Positions 28,703-43,326 of a stretch of 64,000 nucleotides of DNA are shown here, in pieces. The stretch's first letter is position 1; each line of letters begins with the position of its first letter. Made by a program: the position numbers and the translations under genes. The DNA lies in the NCBI GenBank assembly GCA_951406725.2, contig OX597818.1, positions 76,012,001 to 76,076,000 of the forward strand, given 5' to 3'. This DNA is from Octopus vulgaris (taxonomy: Eukaryota). The notes beneath the pieces are model-generated. The model was not told the DNA's origin. It ran no database searches and saw nothing but the letters and a program-made list of their open reading frames with translations.

Positions 28703-28859
28703 TAATAATAATAATAATAATAATAATGATGATGATGATGATGATGATAATAATAGTAACTTTGTGTGGAAGTTACATGGAGCTGAGTGGAAGAAAGGAA
28801 GAGGAGGGCGAATGACAGTATGCAAAATATGTGATGCAGTCCTCCTGATCTAGAACCTC

Positions 28860-29400
28860 CATTTAGGGCTAATCAAGGAACCCCGCAAATCTAGGATTAC
28901 CTTGACCATCGGGAGTACGAGCCGTCGTACAACTGTTGTCCTCCAATCTACAGGTGCATACTTAAAGCAGCTTCATTCACCATAACAATTTTTATCTCTG
29001 TTATCCACCTTTTGACAAATTCACTGGAAAAGAGCACCTACTCCTCCACTCTCACATTTTATATAGAACTTCAAAAAGTCGATGAGGTCTTGACCAAACA
29101 TCAAGATGTCTGTTCAAAATCATTTCAGCCTCGTTCACTGCACAGTCTCTTTAGCGATAGCCACTAGGCAGAGAGACATTGCCAGCCTGTCCGTCAAGAG
29201 CGGTAGACGTCGCTACCTGCTGTTCACTTTGGTATTCTCATAGCTGGAGAAGGGTTGAAGATGAGATGTATAGTTAGTATTACCAAAAAGTGTAGAGTTA
29301 TTCAAGGCTTCTCCAACGAAATATTTAAGTGTCTCGTATGCAGCCGGAAGGGATGATGTACAGTTGTCAAAAGATCTAGAACTGAAGGAGCAGCTGGTCA
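28860..29400 (-). mobile_element. L1/Tx1-like LINE 3' fragment
   Basis: Minus strand ...SLCLVAIAKETV..TRLK...GQDLIDFLKFY...SEFVKRWI, related to 13440-14055. Confidence 0.5.
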
Positions 29401-29599
29401 TCAAAGGATTTGATGGACAATCATAAAACAAATATATGTGTATATGTTTGTGTAAATACACGTGCGTGCATGCATGTGAGTTTATATTGGCGTATATTTG
29501 TGTTTGTGTTAATATATATGTATCGATTTCTAATTAATAAAACAAATCAATTACCGATCAACCAGTAAACAGTTACTGCTTCTGCTGCTCCATGCTCTT

Positions 29600-29815
29600 G
29601 TTTGATGGGGCTGGGGTCATCCCAGGCAAGTGGTCCCAGAGATACCATCATGCTTTGAGCCGACCAGGTCTACCAGTGCTCTCCATCGCTGGCTGTTTCG
29701 TGTCAGTTCCTCTGCATCCTCCATAGTGACGTCGAGCCTCTGAAGAACTTCCCCAGTCACGTCCAGTCATCTGATGTAGGGCCTGCCACGAGGCCTCTTA
29801 CAGCCTGCAGCGGCT
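29600..29815 (-). mobile_element. RTE-like LINE 3' end
   Basis: Minus strand GCKRPRGRPYIR*LDVTGEVLQRL..AEELTRNSQRWRALV. Confidence 0.65.
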
Positions 29816-29840
29816 AAGTCGAATGAAAGTAAAGCTATAG

Positions 29841-30035
29841 TACAGGGTATGACAGAAAAAATCTCCCATACTTTACTAAAATAAAGCTCCCATACTTTAC
29901 GGGAAAAATCTCCTTTACATACCGAGTGTAGCGCTGGCAAGATTAGGTAGTTGGTAAAGAAGTCTTTTTAATTACCGTGTTGAAACGTTTATCAAAAATG
30001 GTGATTCTAGGAGGGTGCTTTTGTTGCACCCTGTA
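29841..30035. mobile_element. Tc1/mariner MITE
   Basis: TA|CAGGGT ... ACCCTG|TA termini. Confidence 0.55.
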
Positions 30036-30440
30036 TTTAGCTCATACAATTCTGTCCAATCAATTAACTTGCTTTTAAAACTATGCAGTTATTTATCCAT
30101 AAACCATCGCTGTTATTGAATTTCAATAACTAGTTATCGATGCAGTCAATAACTTTGATTGAAATTGACGATACTGAAAAAATAAAAATAAAAAGAGAAA
30201 ATTTCATTTAATTCTTGTTGATGCTGTTTAGACCATAAATTCTTTAGGTTTGTCTCAACACAAGGATACAGACTAATTTACGTCATAAGATTTATGATTA
30301 CATCAAGAACATTTTAGCAAATTGGCAGCTAGGTAAAAAACAAAAAACAAATCTGTGGTTCCGGTTATGTGTCAAGAAAACTGAAATAAAGAAAGCTTAA
30401 AAAAGACTGATTTTTCGGACGAAAAATACTTAAGTCCGAA

Positions 30441-30620
30441 AAGGTGGCGAGGTGGCGGAATCGTTAGCACGTCAGACAAAATGACTCTTTAGTTTCTGAG
30501 TTCAAATCCCACAGAGGTTAATTTTACCTTTCATCTCTTCTGGATCGATAAGATATAATATCAATCAAATACTTGAGTCGATGTATTCAACTTGCACCCT
30601 CCCATCAAAATTGCCGGCCC
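30441..30620 (+). mobile_element. SINE family B, decayed
   Basis: AAGGTGGCGAGGTGGCGGAATCGTTAGC...GAGTTCAAATCC...CCTTTCATC. Confidence 0.7.
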
Positions 30621-32914
30621 TGAATCTTGCAGCGGACCGGCGTTTCTGTTTACGGGGAATGCTGTGATCTCGGCCATTTATACGCCATTGAAACCAAGTA
30701 ACAGACCTCATGAGTTTTAGAGCTAATGAAAAAAAAAAAAAAATTGAAAATTACGATTGCGTAGTACTTTTATCATAGAGTGTAGGATGACAGGGATAAA
30801 CTTCTGGAAATTCATGTTATTTGCGATACGTTAGCGTTACTCGGTTGTACCATTCCACCGAAATAGATTTTTATACTTTTTTTGACCTTTGATTAAAACG
30901 TTTCCTTACATCTCACTTCAGTTGTCATCACCATACATTTTTGAATAAAAACAAATCACCAACAAAACCAATGACCCAGTCTTCAGTAATACAACAATGG
31001 TCTGTACTTGTTTGAAGATGATATAAAACAATTTCTGTTGAAACTCTACATATCTTCAAACTTACCCGACCTCTGGGAAATAGGCATGAATGTCATATAA
31101 TCGCTTTTTACTCCACTCTGTCCGAAACCTTATATATATATATATGCACACACACACACAACAGAATAACGCTGTCATGTCTACAGCAGATGTGGGTTCG
31201 TGTTTCACGGGCAGCCTCCGACTTTTTCTATCTAAAAATGTTTTTCAACTCAATAATTACAAGCTACTATCTAGAGCTTTATGTGATGTGCTGCGAGATA
31301 AAAAAAAGATTATCTTACGTTATCTCAAAAGTTTACACAAAATTCCAATGGCATCAACCACAACCCAATCCCAGTGTCGCCCACTAAAACTAACGTGCAA
31401 GATGTATTCAGAAAGATCACTAAGCTCCTGAAGAAGTCTGGTAGTTCTGTCTTCATTAGGGAATAGGCTTCTAATAGGGCACTACTTTCGCATTAATTCA
31501 CATTCAGATTCCACAAGATCTTAAAGAAATAGGTTTTCTGTCTTTTCTAAACTACACAGCCATCACAGATTCTCCAAGCAAACCAGTAACAGTGTGCCTC
31601 TCGCAGTCGGCCAAGCTATGAACCAGGACAGTGTATCAAAAACTCTAATCTCGCTGATGATTACCACATCAAAATCAAGTTACTTGAGGTTATGGGACAG
31701 GTAGTTCTTCTCCAGCAATGGGTATTGAAATATACACTGCGGTAGTCGAAAGAAGAGACAAAAAAAAGTAGTAGAAATTGTATTTATGTCTTCAGAGTTT
31801 TTCATTTAGCTCTTCAAAGGGGTTCATATGGTATAGGAGCTTTAGTATAGGATCAAAGGGGTTCGTAAGGAATATGTGCTTTAGTACAAGGATGAAATAT
31901 TTTTGCTTTGTTGTTATACTGTAACTATTATTTTACCAACAGCCTACTCTTTGAAGTGACAGTACGTAGACTAGTGCTTACGGTGTTGCATTCACGATCT
32001 TGCGATCGTGATTTTGGTTCCTGGTCTAGGCAGTGTGTTCTGTTCTCCAGCAAAACACTTCATTTCTCGTCGCTCCAGTCCATTCACATGTAAATGAATA
32101 ACCCTGCGACAGATTGGCGTCCAGTTCAGAGGGCGTATTTTGATCTTGGTTATTTATACGCCATGGAAACCGGGTAACCGGCACCATGAGTGGTAGGATT
32201 TGAGGCAAGAATGTCAAGGGAATGATGATGATATCCTTTTAAAGTTTCTGGAAGAAATCATTTAGATCTTCGACGAGCAAAGTGTTTTATTATTGTTTTG
32301 TAAGTTCATTCATGTTATTTCTTCAAACAGCCACCAAATTGAAGACTTGTAGGTGGACGGCTGACCTTCTATGAGTGATTCTGACTCTCATTGCTTTCAG
32401 ACAGGATGGCCTCTTTATGATTTCACTTGTTTTCAAGTTTCATTTCCTCCCTATGGCCGGAAGAAGATTGTCTGGAAGCATTATCTGGAATTTCTGACTG
32501 ACTGTGTTAGAAGTAAATTGTATTACTCCGGAAGAGAAAATCGTTTGCTAGCAAGAAAACCTTCAAAAGGATATCACTGTTTGAGGATTTCAACTTCCGG
32601 AAGTTTACCAGATATAGATGATGAAATGGCTAAATGATGGATCATATTAAACCTCATAATAATTTACTTTTGCTTTTCTCACAAACTTTGAAAGGGCGTT
32701 TTGAAGACGAAATACGAGCTTTAAGTTAATGTAAACAAGTTTATTACGAAGGACGGGTAATATAAATTGTGATTCTTATACATTTATTCGTGTAAACCGT
32801 ACATCTAGTGACCTCTGCATTTTGAAATAGGTTAAAGATGATTTTGATATTGGTTCAAAATATCAAACTTTGGAGATGAGGAATAATTGGTTATATTGAC
32901 CTTGTCAGTGATAC

Positions 32915-32952
<38 letters not shown>

Positions 32953-33069
32953 ATGATGATGATTATGATGATGATGATGATGATGATAATAATAATAATA
33001 ATAATAATAATAATAGTGATAATAACTGTAATAATAATAACAACAACAGCAACAACAATAATAATAATA

Positions 33070-33352
33070 ATAATCAGAAAAGTATTAGATAGCTGTAAAG
33101 AACGGATATCATGGTACCGTAGGCTGGTGGTAGTAAGCCAGCTGCGCATGCAAGATTCCAGGAATTCTAACAAAACCTGTGATAAAAAGAAATAATAATC
33201 GATCCCAGTGTCAATGATACTTATTTTATTGATTCGGAAAAGATGTAAGGCAAAATCGACTTCGGCGGAATTTGAACTCAGAACGTAGCGGCAGACGAAA
33301 TATCGCTAAGCATTTCGTCCGGCATTCTAACATTTCTGCCAGCTCGCCGCCT
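33070..33352. mobile_element. R4-like 3' tail (+, 33070-33197) followed by SINE family B (-, 33198-33352)
   Basis: 33070-33197 is the reverse complement of ~14070-14190 (IRKVLDS* plus 3' UTR) in an (AAT)n array. Confidence 0.75.
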
Positions 33353-34132
33353 TAATAACAACAATAAAACAATCCCAGAAGAAGAACACAACTCGCATGT
33401 ATACAAACTACTGGTACTCTGTCTGTTACAACGACACGGGTTCCAGATTAAGGTAACAGACTGCTCAAGAAATTAGCTTGCAAGTGGCTGACAATCCACA
33501 GACACGCGTACCCTTATTGTTGTTCTCAAAGAGATTCAGCATGACACAGAATGTAACAAGGCTGGCCCTTTGAAATATAGGTACTACTCATTTTTTCCAG
33601 CAAAGTGGACTCGAGCAACGTGAAATAAAGTGTCTTGCTCAAGGACACAACGCGTCGCCGGTTTTCGAACTCACTACCCTATGATCGTGAGCCGAATACG
33701 CCAGACTCAAACCAACCTCCATAATAAAACAAACTGATGCAGTACAACAACAACAACAACAATAATGATAATAATAATGTGACAACAGGATCAAAGAGAA
33801 AGAAGAAAAACTGAACATCAATGACGATTTGAAGAGGGAAACACGCAGGTTGTGGACAATGAAGAGAGTGGACGTGAGAGAATTAGTAATTAATTAGACC
33901 AGTAGTAATTGGCGCACTTGGAAGTATCAGGACTCAACTACCAACGTGGCTGAAAAAGATTGGTATAAATATAAAGATAAAATACCCACAAAAATTCATC
34001 ATTGCTTGGAACTGCGACAATTCTCCGCAGGGTTCTTGAAGCATAATCAGTAAACAAGTGTCACCTTAGTCAGCTGGCTGTGGACAGCTGACTTTACATC
34101 GTACCCATCAAAATAAGCTGAGAGTTTTAATC

Positions 34133-34185
<53 letters not shown>

Positions 34186-34186
<1 letters not shown>

Positions 34187-34647
34187 GATGGGCTACAGCA
34201 AATATTCTGCTCAATACCACAGATTTGCTTGTTAGTTGTTTGACCCTAACCAGTTGACCATGTCCCTTAGTGGCTGACGATATGTGCATCTCTGATCACG
34301 AGCAGAAGTAGTGGGGTAGCATCGTAGCCATGTGTTGAGAGGGATTCTTTGGGGTTTGAATAATTCACCTCTGGAAACATGGGTGTTTCGTTCAACATCC
34401 TTAAACAACCTTTATTCAGGGACCTTTTGAGCGGGATGGGTTACTCGACCAGAAGAAAATTCTAACTGGGCTCCATCTGCAAGGTTATGTGCTGTTTATC
34501 TTGATATGAGATCATCATGTCGCGCACATATGGTTGTGATGCATGTGCCTAGTGTGCCCTTATCAGACGGGTAGCCATGATGGGTATACTGGGCTTCGTA
34601 TATTTTAACCCAGTGTCCCTTTGATGGCATGCATTGCTCTCTCACTC

Positions 34648-34648
<1 letters not shown>
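34186..34648 (+). mobile_element. 5'-truncated copy of the 555-bp (TAA)n-embedded repeat
   Basis: Reverse complement of ~15433-15892; (AAT)n on both sides. Confidence 0.8.
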
Positions 34649-34734
<86 letters not shown>

Positions 34735-34764
34735 GGCAATGATGATGATGATGATGATGATGAT

Positions 34765-37300
34765 AATAGAAAATAAGAGAAAGGATTTGTCAATCCTTAA
34801 TGAAATTAGTAGACAATCAACACTACTAAGCAACAAGAAGAGAAGGAAAATACTACGTAAATACAAAATTACAGAACAAGATATACCTGAGGTAAAAGAA
34901 CAGCTAAAACTAGATATCTTCACCAAACCACAAAGAATCTGCCTGTATGAGAAACGCCAACGTTTCTTTAGACAAAACAAACAGTTCATCTCCAACCTCA
35001 AAAGATTCTACCCAGAACTTGGCAAAAATAAACTAGAGATCAATGCAGCACTAACAACAGAAGTGGAAGAATTTTGGAAAGAAATATGGTCGGTGAAGGA
35101 ACAACCTCAGAAAAAATCTATCAAAACAATGAACACAGCACCTGAACAACTCTGGACCCCTATAACAACTGAAGAGGCCACCCAGGTACTGCAAAAACTA
35201 AGTAACTGGAAGGCACCCAAACACAACAAGATCCCCAACCTCTGGTTAAAATAACTAACAGGAACACATAAAAAGCTGGCTGAGAAATTTAATGAAATAC
35301 TAGCAGAGCCAGAGACAATACCTGAATGGCTCACGGAAGGGAAAGCTATCTTAATTCCCCAATCCACTGAAACGGCAAACCCACAAAATAACTTGTCTCC
35401 CTACAATTTACAAAGCCTTTAGGGCAATAATATCGCAGAGAATGGGAAAAGATCTAGAAGAAAACAACTTGTTTCCAGAAGAGCAGAAGGGATGCTGCAA
35501 GGGCTCATACGGCTGTAAAGATCAGCCATAACTGAAGACAGCCGCAGAAAGAAGAAGGGTCTGGATCAATTACCGAAAGGCTTTTGATAACATTAGCCAC
35601 GAACAAAGTAGCACCAGTGATCATAAAATATATAAAACATTCCATGTATAAATGGCAGACAGTTCTGCAGCTCCAGACAAAAGAGGGACTCATAAAAACC
35701 AAAGCAGACCTCATTAGAAGAAGAATATTTCAGCGAGATATACTACAGACAGTACATAGATTTATCAAAGAAATAAAGATGAAATTTGTGCATTCCTGAA
35801 AAGAGGAAAACTAGTTAAGAGTAGCAACATCACACTAGCTAAAGCAAATGAAATAAGAGAATTAGACCAAAGCCAGGCATAAAAATACTTAGGAATCAAT
35901 GAACTAGATACGATACAACAAACACGAATGAAAGAGAAGATAAAATGGAATACTATAGACGAGTCAGATTAGTACTGAAAACAGAGCGCAATGCGAAAAA
36001 CAAGATAATAGGTATCAACCCTCTGGCCGTCCCAGTTATAAGTTACAGCTACAATATTCTTAACTGGACTCTAAATGTACTAATCAAAATGAACAGGAAA
36101 ACAAGAAAAATAATGACAGGATTTAGGATGCACCACCCAAAATCTGACATAGAAAGGCTATATATACAACATATCGAAGGTGGTAGAGGCCTTATACAAC
36201 TAGAAAACTATTACAAAATAACCATCATATGATTACAGACATACCTACTTCAGAAGCAAGGAAAATTAATACAAATAGCCAAAATACATGAACAAAACAA
36301 AAAAATTGTTTTCAGTCTTTAAGGAAGCTGACAAATATAAAAAAGAATAGTACCTAACAACTATGAAAAAAAAAAAAGAAGAAACAATAAAACCTGTAAA
36401 ACAACTGAAATCCAAACTAAAGCTTGATCAGCATCGGATCATGATAAAACGATGTCAAGAAAAACCCCTTCATGGCAAATATTGGGTTAAGCTAAACAGA
36501 AAAGAAATAGACAAAACAAAATCTCAACAATGGCTGAGAAGCTCAGGACTCAAAGCAGAGACTGAAGGACTTTTAATTGCCGCACAAGATCAAAGCCTTC
36601 CTACCAGAAATCACCAAAAACATGTAATGAAAAGAAATACAGCAAGTAACTGCAGAATATGTGGAGATGGAGAAGAAACAATAAATCATATTGTCTCTGG
36701 CTGCTCAGTCCTGGTTAAGAAGGAATATATTCACAGACACAGCAGAGTTGGGACCCGCATACACTGGAAGCAATGCCAACACTATAGAATAACAACAGAA
36801 AAAGATGGTATAGGCACACATCAGAAAAGGTCACAGAAAATGAGAAAGCAATCATACTATGGGATATGCTAATACACACAGAGAAATTAAGACCAAGAGG
36901 CCAGATATAGTTGTCAGAGATAAGCAAGAAAAAAATTGCTTTCTAATTAATGTATCAATACCAACAGATGACACTGTTTCTCTAAAAGAAATAGAGAAAC
37001 TTTCAAAATACAAAGACCTAGAAATAGAGGTAATTCGAATGTGGAGTCTAAAAACCAGAAACAATTTCTATCATAATAGGCGCATTAGGTATGATAAAAA
37101 ATATTCAGACAGATACATAACACCAGGGCTAATAAATATATATAACGTACAGAAAATAACACTGCTAGGCACCGCACACATTCTACGTAAAGCACTTTCA
37201 ATACAGTGAATATAAAAGCACCACAACAAACCACAGCACATACCCAAGACACATAGAATGCCCGAAATTGGCACAACGCGAATACTAAAGACGCCTTGAC
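34765..37300 (+). pseudogene. R4/Dong-like non-LTR retrotransposon ORF (RT, CCHC finger, RLE) with stops, frameshifts and deletions
   Basis: RQNKQF..FWKEIW..NWKAP..IPNLWLK; EQKGC; RRIFQRD; HPKSDIERLY..GGRGL; AAQDQSLPTRN..CRICGDGEETINHIVSGC..HRH; RPDIVV..EKLSKYKDL. Confidence 0.9.
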
Positions 37301-37812
37301 AATGTGGCAAGAATGAGTCATTGGGAGTTCTGTGGAAATCACGGCCTATAAAGAGCAAAGATGTGCTATGAGCAAACTCCAGGAGTCACCAAAAATGATA
37401 ATTGCAAAATCCTGTGGGATACAATGATCCAGTGCGATCACCCGACCAGACATCGGAAACCGGACATTGTTGTGGTGAATAAAAAAGAAAGAACATGTAT
37501 GATAATCGACATAGCATGCCCCGGTGACAACAGGATCAATGTGAAAGAAGAAAAAATAAACAACTATGACGATTTGAAGTGGGAAATACGAGGGTTTTGG
37601 TCAATGAAGAGAGTAGATGTGATACCAATAGTAATTGGCGCACATGGAAGTATCAACTCTCAACTTCCAGCATGGCTGAAAAAGATTGGTGCAAGTGTAA
37701 AGGTAGAACATCTTTGCATAGTTCTTGAAGCATGACCAGTTAACAAGTATCACCTTAGTCTGCTGGTGGCTGACACTTTCCATTATACCCAACAAAATAA
37801 GATGTCTGATTT
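37300..37812 (+). mobile_element. Second R4-like RLE fragment with (AAT)n tail
   Basis: ORF 37361-37735 KILWD..KPDIVVVNK..IDIACPGD..PIVIGAHG; same family as 33775-34130 and 16190-16560. Confidence 0.85.
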
Positions 37813-37813
37813 C

Positions 37814-37918
<105 letters not shown>

Positions 37919-39804
37919 TAATTGTTACATTGTTTGTGTCTAGTCCCAGGGCGTTCATATATTTTTTATTTTCCGAAAATCTGAATTTAAAAACTTTCAA
38001 GTCTGATTTATTTGTGTATTTTTGTATTGGTTTAACTCTCCATAGAACATTTTTTCTAATTTCTTGCAAACATTTTACTTTGAAGTGATTCACTCTTTGT
38101 CTTTTTCTGTTTCTGTCTGTCTCTTCCTCTCTCTTACTCTTTAAATTCCTCCTAACAGCATATTTCACTTCGTCTTGTCAATTATTTAAATTTTTAATAT
38201 TTCTACAAATTCTTTAAACCTAATAATTATTTCCAAGTGCTGATATTCGAGTCCTGTTAATATTAATATATTTTTCTATGGTTTCAATAAATCTTTATCT
38301 GAATATTTTCTCAAGAATGTTTACTTGATTATTTCTTAAGTTTATTCCTCTAAATTCTTCCCCCACTTTTCTCTATCTAAATTCTGATGAATATAGACTT
38401 CGTGGGTTATATCTATTTCTAATTTCAATCTTAGGAAATGAGTTCTATTGATTAAATATATTACGTAAAATTACTTGTTATTTCCGACTCTTATTTAGAA
38501 ATATAAATACTTTTTTCACTGTGATGTTTATTATTTGTACTTAGCAATTTATTTTCCCCTATTTATCGTGTATTGGAATTTTTCTTATTTACGAGAAAAT
38601 CATTTAATTTTCCAAATCGCAGATGATTGAATCGTTAAAGGATTGGACTAGAAACCTAAGCATCGATGGTTCTAGTAATATGTAGATTCTATCGTCAATA
38701 CAGTTAACTCACATCGGTCTAGTCTACCTCGGTGGAGAATATTACCTAGCAGGAAACAGAATTTGATAATAAAATAGAGAAGTAGAAAATCAGACATAAG
38801 ACATATGGGAACAAATGTCCGGAGAAGAAGATACAAATAATTTACAATATATAGAACATTTAAGAAAAATTTAGAGACCTATCCTTCTATAAAGAGCTAA
38901 GTCGAACACAATAAGCCTGCTGTAAGTAAACTACTATAAGTGGTTGGAACATTATATTTACGGTGTGTTAACAGTGCTGAGAAAAAGCTCATTCTATGAG
39001 TCCAAAGCAAGTTAGAGGAAGGTTCTCTGGTGTTCAGTTGCAGGTACGAGTTCCTAATAATCTCAAAATATCTCAATTGGCTAAGTCATTTGGTATGGAG
39101 AGTAACCAATATTTACCCATACAAATTGTGTTGGCACACTCCGGTATCAACTTCCTCTACTCAACTTTTTGAACTGTGCTTAATTCAGAAGCAAGGTGCT
39201 ACATTTCCTTGCGTTATTCTTTCATGTAATGTCACAGCACGGCCTTTTCTCTGTACGCGCACTTAAGTAGTTGAACCAGTGTTAACAATTAATGCTGTGT
39301 TAACTTTGTTGGTTAACGGACAGTTTTAAAAAGCTTTTTAACAGACACGAACCATACAGTTGTTGCGGGGGAGAGTACAAGAGATTATATTGATTTCTCA
39401 CCGTAACAGAAAATTACATATTTTAAATGTGATGTGTATGGGTTATACTGATCCAAATATTTTTTCCGTTGTTTGAAAAGTTGAAAAAATCAAAATTGAC
39501 CTACATGAAATTTGAACTCAAAACTTCAAATGCCTACTTACATCCCTCTAGGATTGTGTCTGGTTTTCGTGAGCCACCAGATTTATGCAGACCCAACATA
39601 ATGAGATATTATTGAGTGTTACCTCGATGCTCACCACCTGCAGTAGACCCTCATATTACGTCCTCCCATGTAATCAATCTCTGTGCCAGAGCGTTGCTCC
39701 TGTAAGTTTACCTTAATTAAACACCACAAAGCATTTAGTCCGTTACCCTACCGATTCTTTCAGCCATCTCCGATGGACTTGTTAATATAAAAAATTTTGT
39801 CAAG

Positions 39805-39995
39805 GTGGTGAGTCGGGAAAAATCCTTAGCGGCATTGCGTTCGTCTTTGCGTTCAGAGTTCAAATTCCGCCAAGGTCGGTTTAGCCTTTCATTCTTTCGG
39901 AATTGATAAAATAAATACCAGTTAAGCACTGAAGTCGACGTCATCGACTAGACCCTCTCCGAACTTGCTGGCCTTGTGCCAAAATTTGAAACCAA
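39805..39995 (+). mobile_element. SINE family B
   Basis: GAGTTCAAATTCCGCCAAGGTCGG..GCCTTTCATTCTTTCGG..GATAAAATAAATACCAG; a more decayed copy follows near 40020-40200. Confidence 0.75.
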
Positions 39996-40321
39996 TATAA
40001 AAAAAACTTGTGTCACATCAGAGTTGATGGAGCGACACACAAAGTACTTTGTGCTGTTTTGTTATGTACAACGCTGTAGATTCTGAGATCGACTTTACTT
40101 TCTATTCTTCCTCAAGTCTATAAAATAAAGTACCAGTTAAATACTAGGGTAGGAGTATTCGACCATACCCTCCTTCAAATTTCAGGCCGTGTGCCTACAT
40201 TATAGATATATAAGTATGTTTCTGTTGTCTTCAGATTCTTATTTCCACTGATTAGTTCCCTCACCAAAATACAATACTACTGTTTAAATCTGTGACCCAT
40301 CATAATTTGTTCTAGAAAGTT

Positions 40322-41154
40322 CGGATCTTTTCCTTTTGAACGGCAGTTTGTAACATAATTTCTAGGTGACTAAAAAGTTTAAAACTTCGTATACTGGTAG
40401 AATGTGTTTATAAAATATCATTTTCTCTTGGCTTTATTGAGAAAATTCTATAGGTTGTAACATATTTCGTCTTTAATTACTTGCATTTCGGCAATTTTAA
40501 CTAATCAGTCACCTCCATTGACGTAAATAACATTCTGTGCATAATGAATATGTCCCCCGTTTAAGAAACAGATTGGGTTTATTTACATTTGTGAAGAAAA
40601 AAAGATACCCTTCCCTCACCCCTAACCCTAACCCTAACCCTAACTAACCCTAACTCTAACCCTAAATCTAAAATAGATTGAAATGCAATCGATCGATACT
40701 AGGGTTATAATTATGGGTGACAATTTCATACGACACCGCTAAGTTTTTTTATAGCGGTGTCGTATGAAATTGTCACCCATAATTATAACCCTTGTATCGA
40801 TCTATTGCATTTCAATCTATTTTAGATTTAGGGTTAGAGTTAGGGTTAGGGTTAGGGGTGGAGGAAGGGTATCTTTTTTCTTCACAAATGTAAATAAACC
40901 CAATCTGTTTCTTAAACGGGGGACATATTCATTATGCACAGAATGTTATTTACGTCAATGGAGGTAACTGATTGGTTAAAATTGCCGAAATGCAAGAAAT
41001 TAAAGACGAAATATGTTACAACCTATAGAATTTTCTCAATAAAGCCAAGAGAAAATTATGTTTTATAAACATATTCTACTAGTATACGAAGTTTAAAATT
41101 TTTTAGTTACCTAGAAATTATGTTACAAACTGCCGTTCAAAAGGAAAAGATCCG
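40322..41154. mobile_element. Palindromic (foldback) DNA transposon, ~420-bp arms, 6-bp TSD AAAGTT, internal telomeric repeats
   Basis: AAAGTT|CGGATCTTTTCCTTTTGAACGGCAG ... CTGCCGTTCAAAAGGAAAAGATCCG|AAAGTT; symmetry centre near 40741-40752; (CCCTAA)n and (TTAGGG)n in the arms. Confidence 0.9.
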
Positions 41155-41264
41155 AAAGTTCCTTTTATTCGCTGAATATTCTAAACCCTTTATAGATTAA
41201 TCCTGACAATATCGAACTAACCAACCAACCATGGCAGGCAGGCAGGCAGGCACGCACGCATACG

Positions 41265-41356
<92 letters not shown>

Positions 41357-41749
41357 CACACATTTTCTCCCCCACACAAACGTTAGCTTACGTAAGCTGG
41401 ACGGCAGTTTCAAGAATTACGCAGGTGAGATAATTAACACATGATTTAGTTTCAGCCTAAATTGTAGAGTGGTTGTTGTTATTGATGACGTTTTGGTTGT
41501 TGTTGTTGTTGCTGTTGTTATGTGGTTAGATATATAGATATTGGCAAAGATACAACTACTGTGTTACGTCATCAAGAGAAATGTAGAAGGATTCCATATA
41601 TGAAGTGTGATTAACTTAAACTTTGTGACCAGTTTATGAGTTTTACATACACACATATACATACACTCATGCATATGTACGTATGTTCGTCCATTCTTGC
41701 ATTCAAACATGCATGCATGCATACATACATACATAAATACATACATACC

Positions 41750-42556
41750 TGATGCACAAAAGGGATAGAGATGCAGGAAAAGCAGTAAAATGTGACAACC
41801 AATGCAGACTTTTGAAGTTGACACCGAAGATATCACCCACATCATAAGCAGTTGTCCGAAAATGTCACCACGCTATTATCTACCGGAGAGACATGATGTT
41901 GTAGGTAAGATACTATATAATGAAATCCGTTGGAAGGATAAATTCGAGGACAAAGAAATAAGAACCCATAATATGGTCGAAGTCATAGCCACTCACAATA
42001 AAAAGGAGTACTGGTGGAATGTCCCAGTGAAAATCCCAATAAAATGTAAGCACAATGATTTGGGATAGAGAAGAGAAACTGTGTGCAGTTGTGGAAATTA
42101 GCTGCCCAGTGGATATTAACATGAAGCTGAAGATCAGTAAAAAAGAGAATACCTACGCTGAACAATTGAGAAATCAGCAGTTACTCTATCCAGATTACAA
42201 GCTCAGATTTATACCTGTAATTATTGGGGCTCTTGGGTATGTAATACTAATCTTTAGGAATTGGGCTTCTCAAAACCAGAAAGGAGAAAACTGAATCAAA
42301 GACTACAAATCCAATCCATCAGTGGAACTGTATAAATCTTTAAAACTTTGAAGAAATTTATCATTTAAGTATATATGAGCATGTCTAAATATGCATGAGA
42401 AGATATACATAAAACAAAACATGCAAAGCTGCACATATACATACATACATATATGCAAAATTACCCTGTTGTTGATTTTGAAATTCCAATGAAGAAACCT
42501 TGGATCTAGGTTAGAAATCAGTTGTTTCTCTATTGGCAAATAAAACTGAATAATGA
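41750..42556 (+). mobile_element. RLE-type non-LTR retrotransposon 3' fragment flanked by (CATA)n
   Basis: EDITHIISSCPKMSPRYYLPERHDVV..YWWNVP; IWDREEKLCAVVEISCP..PVIIGALG. Confidence 0.8.
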
Positions 42557-42602
42557 CATACATACATACATACATACATACATACATACATACATACATA
42601 CA

Positions 42603-42636
<34 letters not shown>

Positions 42637-42694
42637 GGCACACACGTATATGCATAAATGCAAGCAATCATCGGCACATACATACAGGCAAACA

Positions 42695-42736
<42 letters not shown>

Positions 42737-43049
42737 ATTCAAAGGAATTCCAACTCTGTTTTTTATGTTTTATTTATCTTCTTTATAATATTAATGTAGA
42801 ATATAGAATATATAGTATAAATAGTATATATAGTGTAAAATGAAATGAAGTATTGATTGTCTTATTGAATAGATGAAATATTGAATATCAAATATTAAGG
42901 GACTAGTATACTTTCTTGCATTAAAGCAGTTTTCAAGGTCCCAGGTTGTGACAGGAAAATAAAAATAAGAAATAAGTGGAAATTTTACCGGTGAGTGTGT
43001 TACATTATAAGGCACAAAAATAAAATGACTCTCCCCAGACACAACGGAG

Positions 43050-43168
<119 letters not shown>

Positions 43169-43181
43169 GTCTGTCTGTCTT

Positions 43182-43256
<75 letters not shown>

Positions 43257-43273
43257 CTCTATCTATCTATCTA

Positions 43274-43326
<53 letters not shown>

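Noticed and set aside
31150-32640. Possible Tc1/mariner transposase remnants near 31300-31700 and 32300-32520
   Set aside because: Only vague similarity; no TIRs or catalytic motifs could be confirmed.
40615-40860. TTAGGG/CCCTAA repeats as a telomere or chromosome fusion site
   Set aside because: Short, degenerate, and internal to a TSD-bounded transposon also present at 11482.
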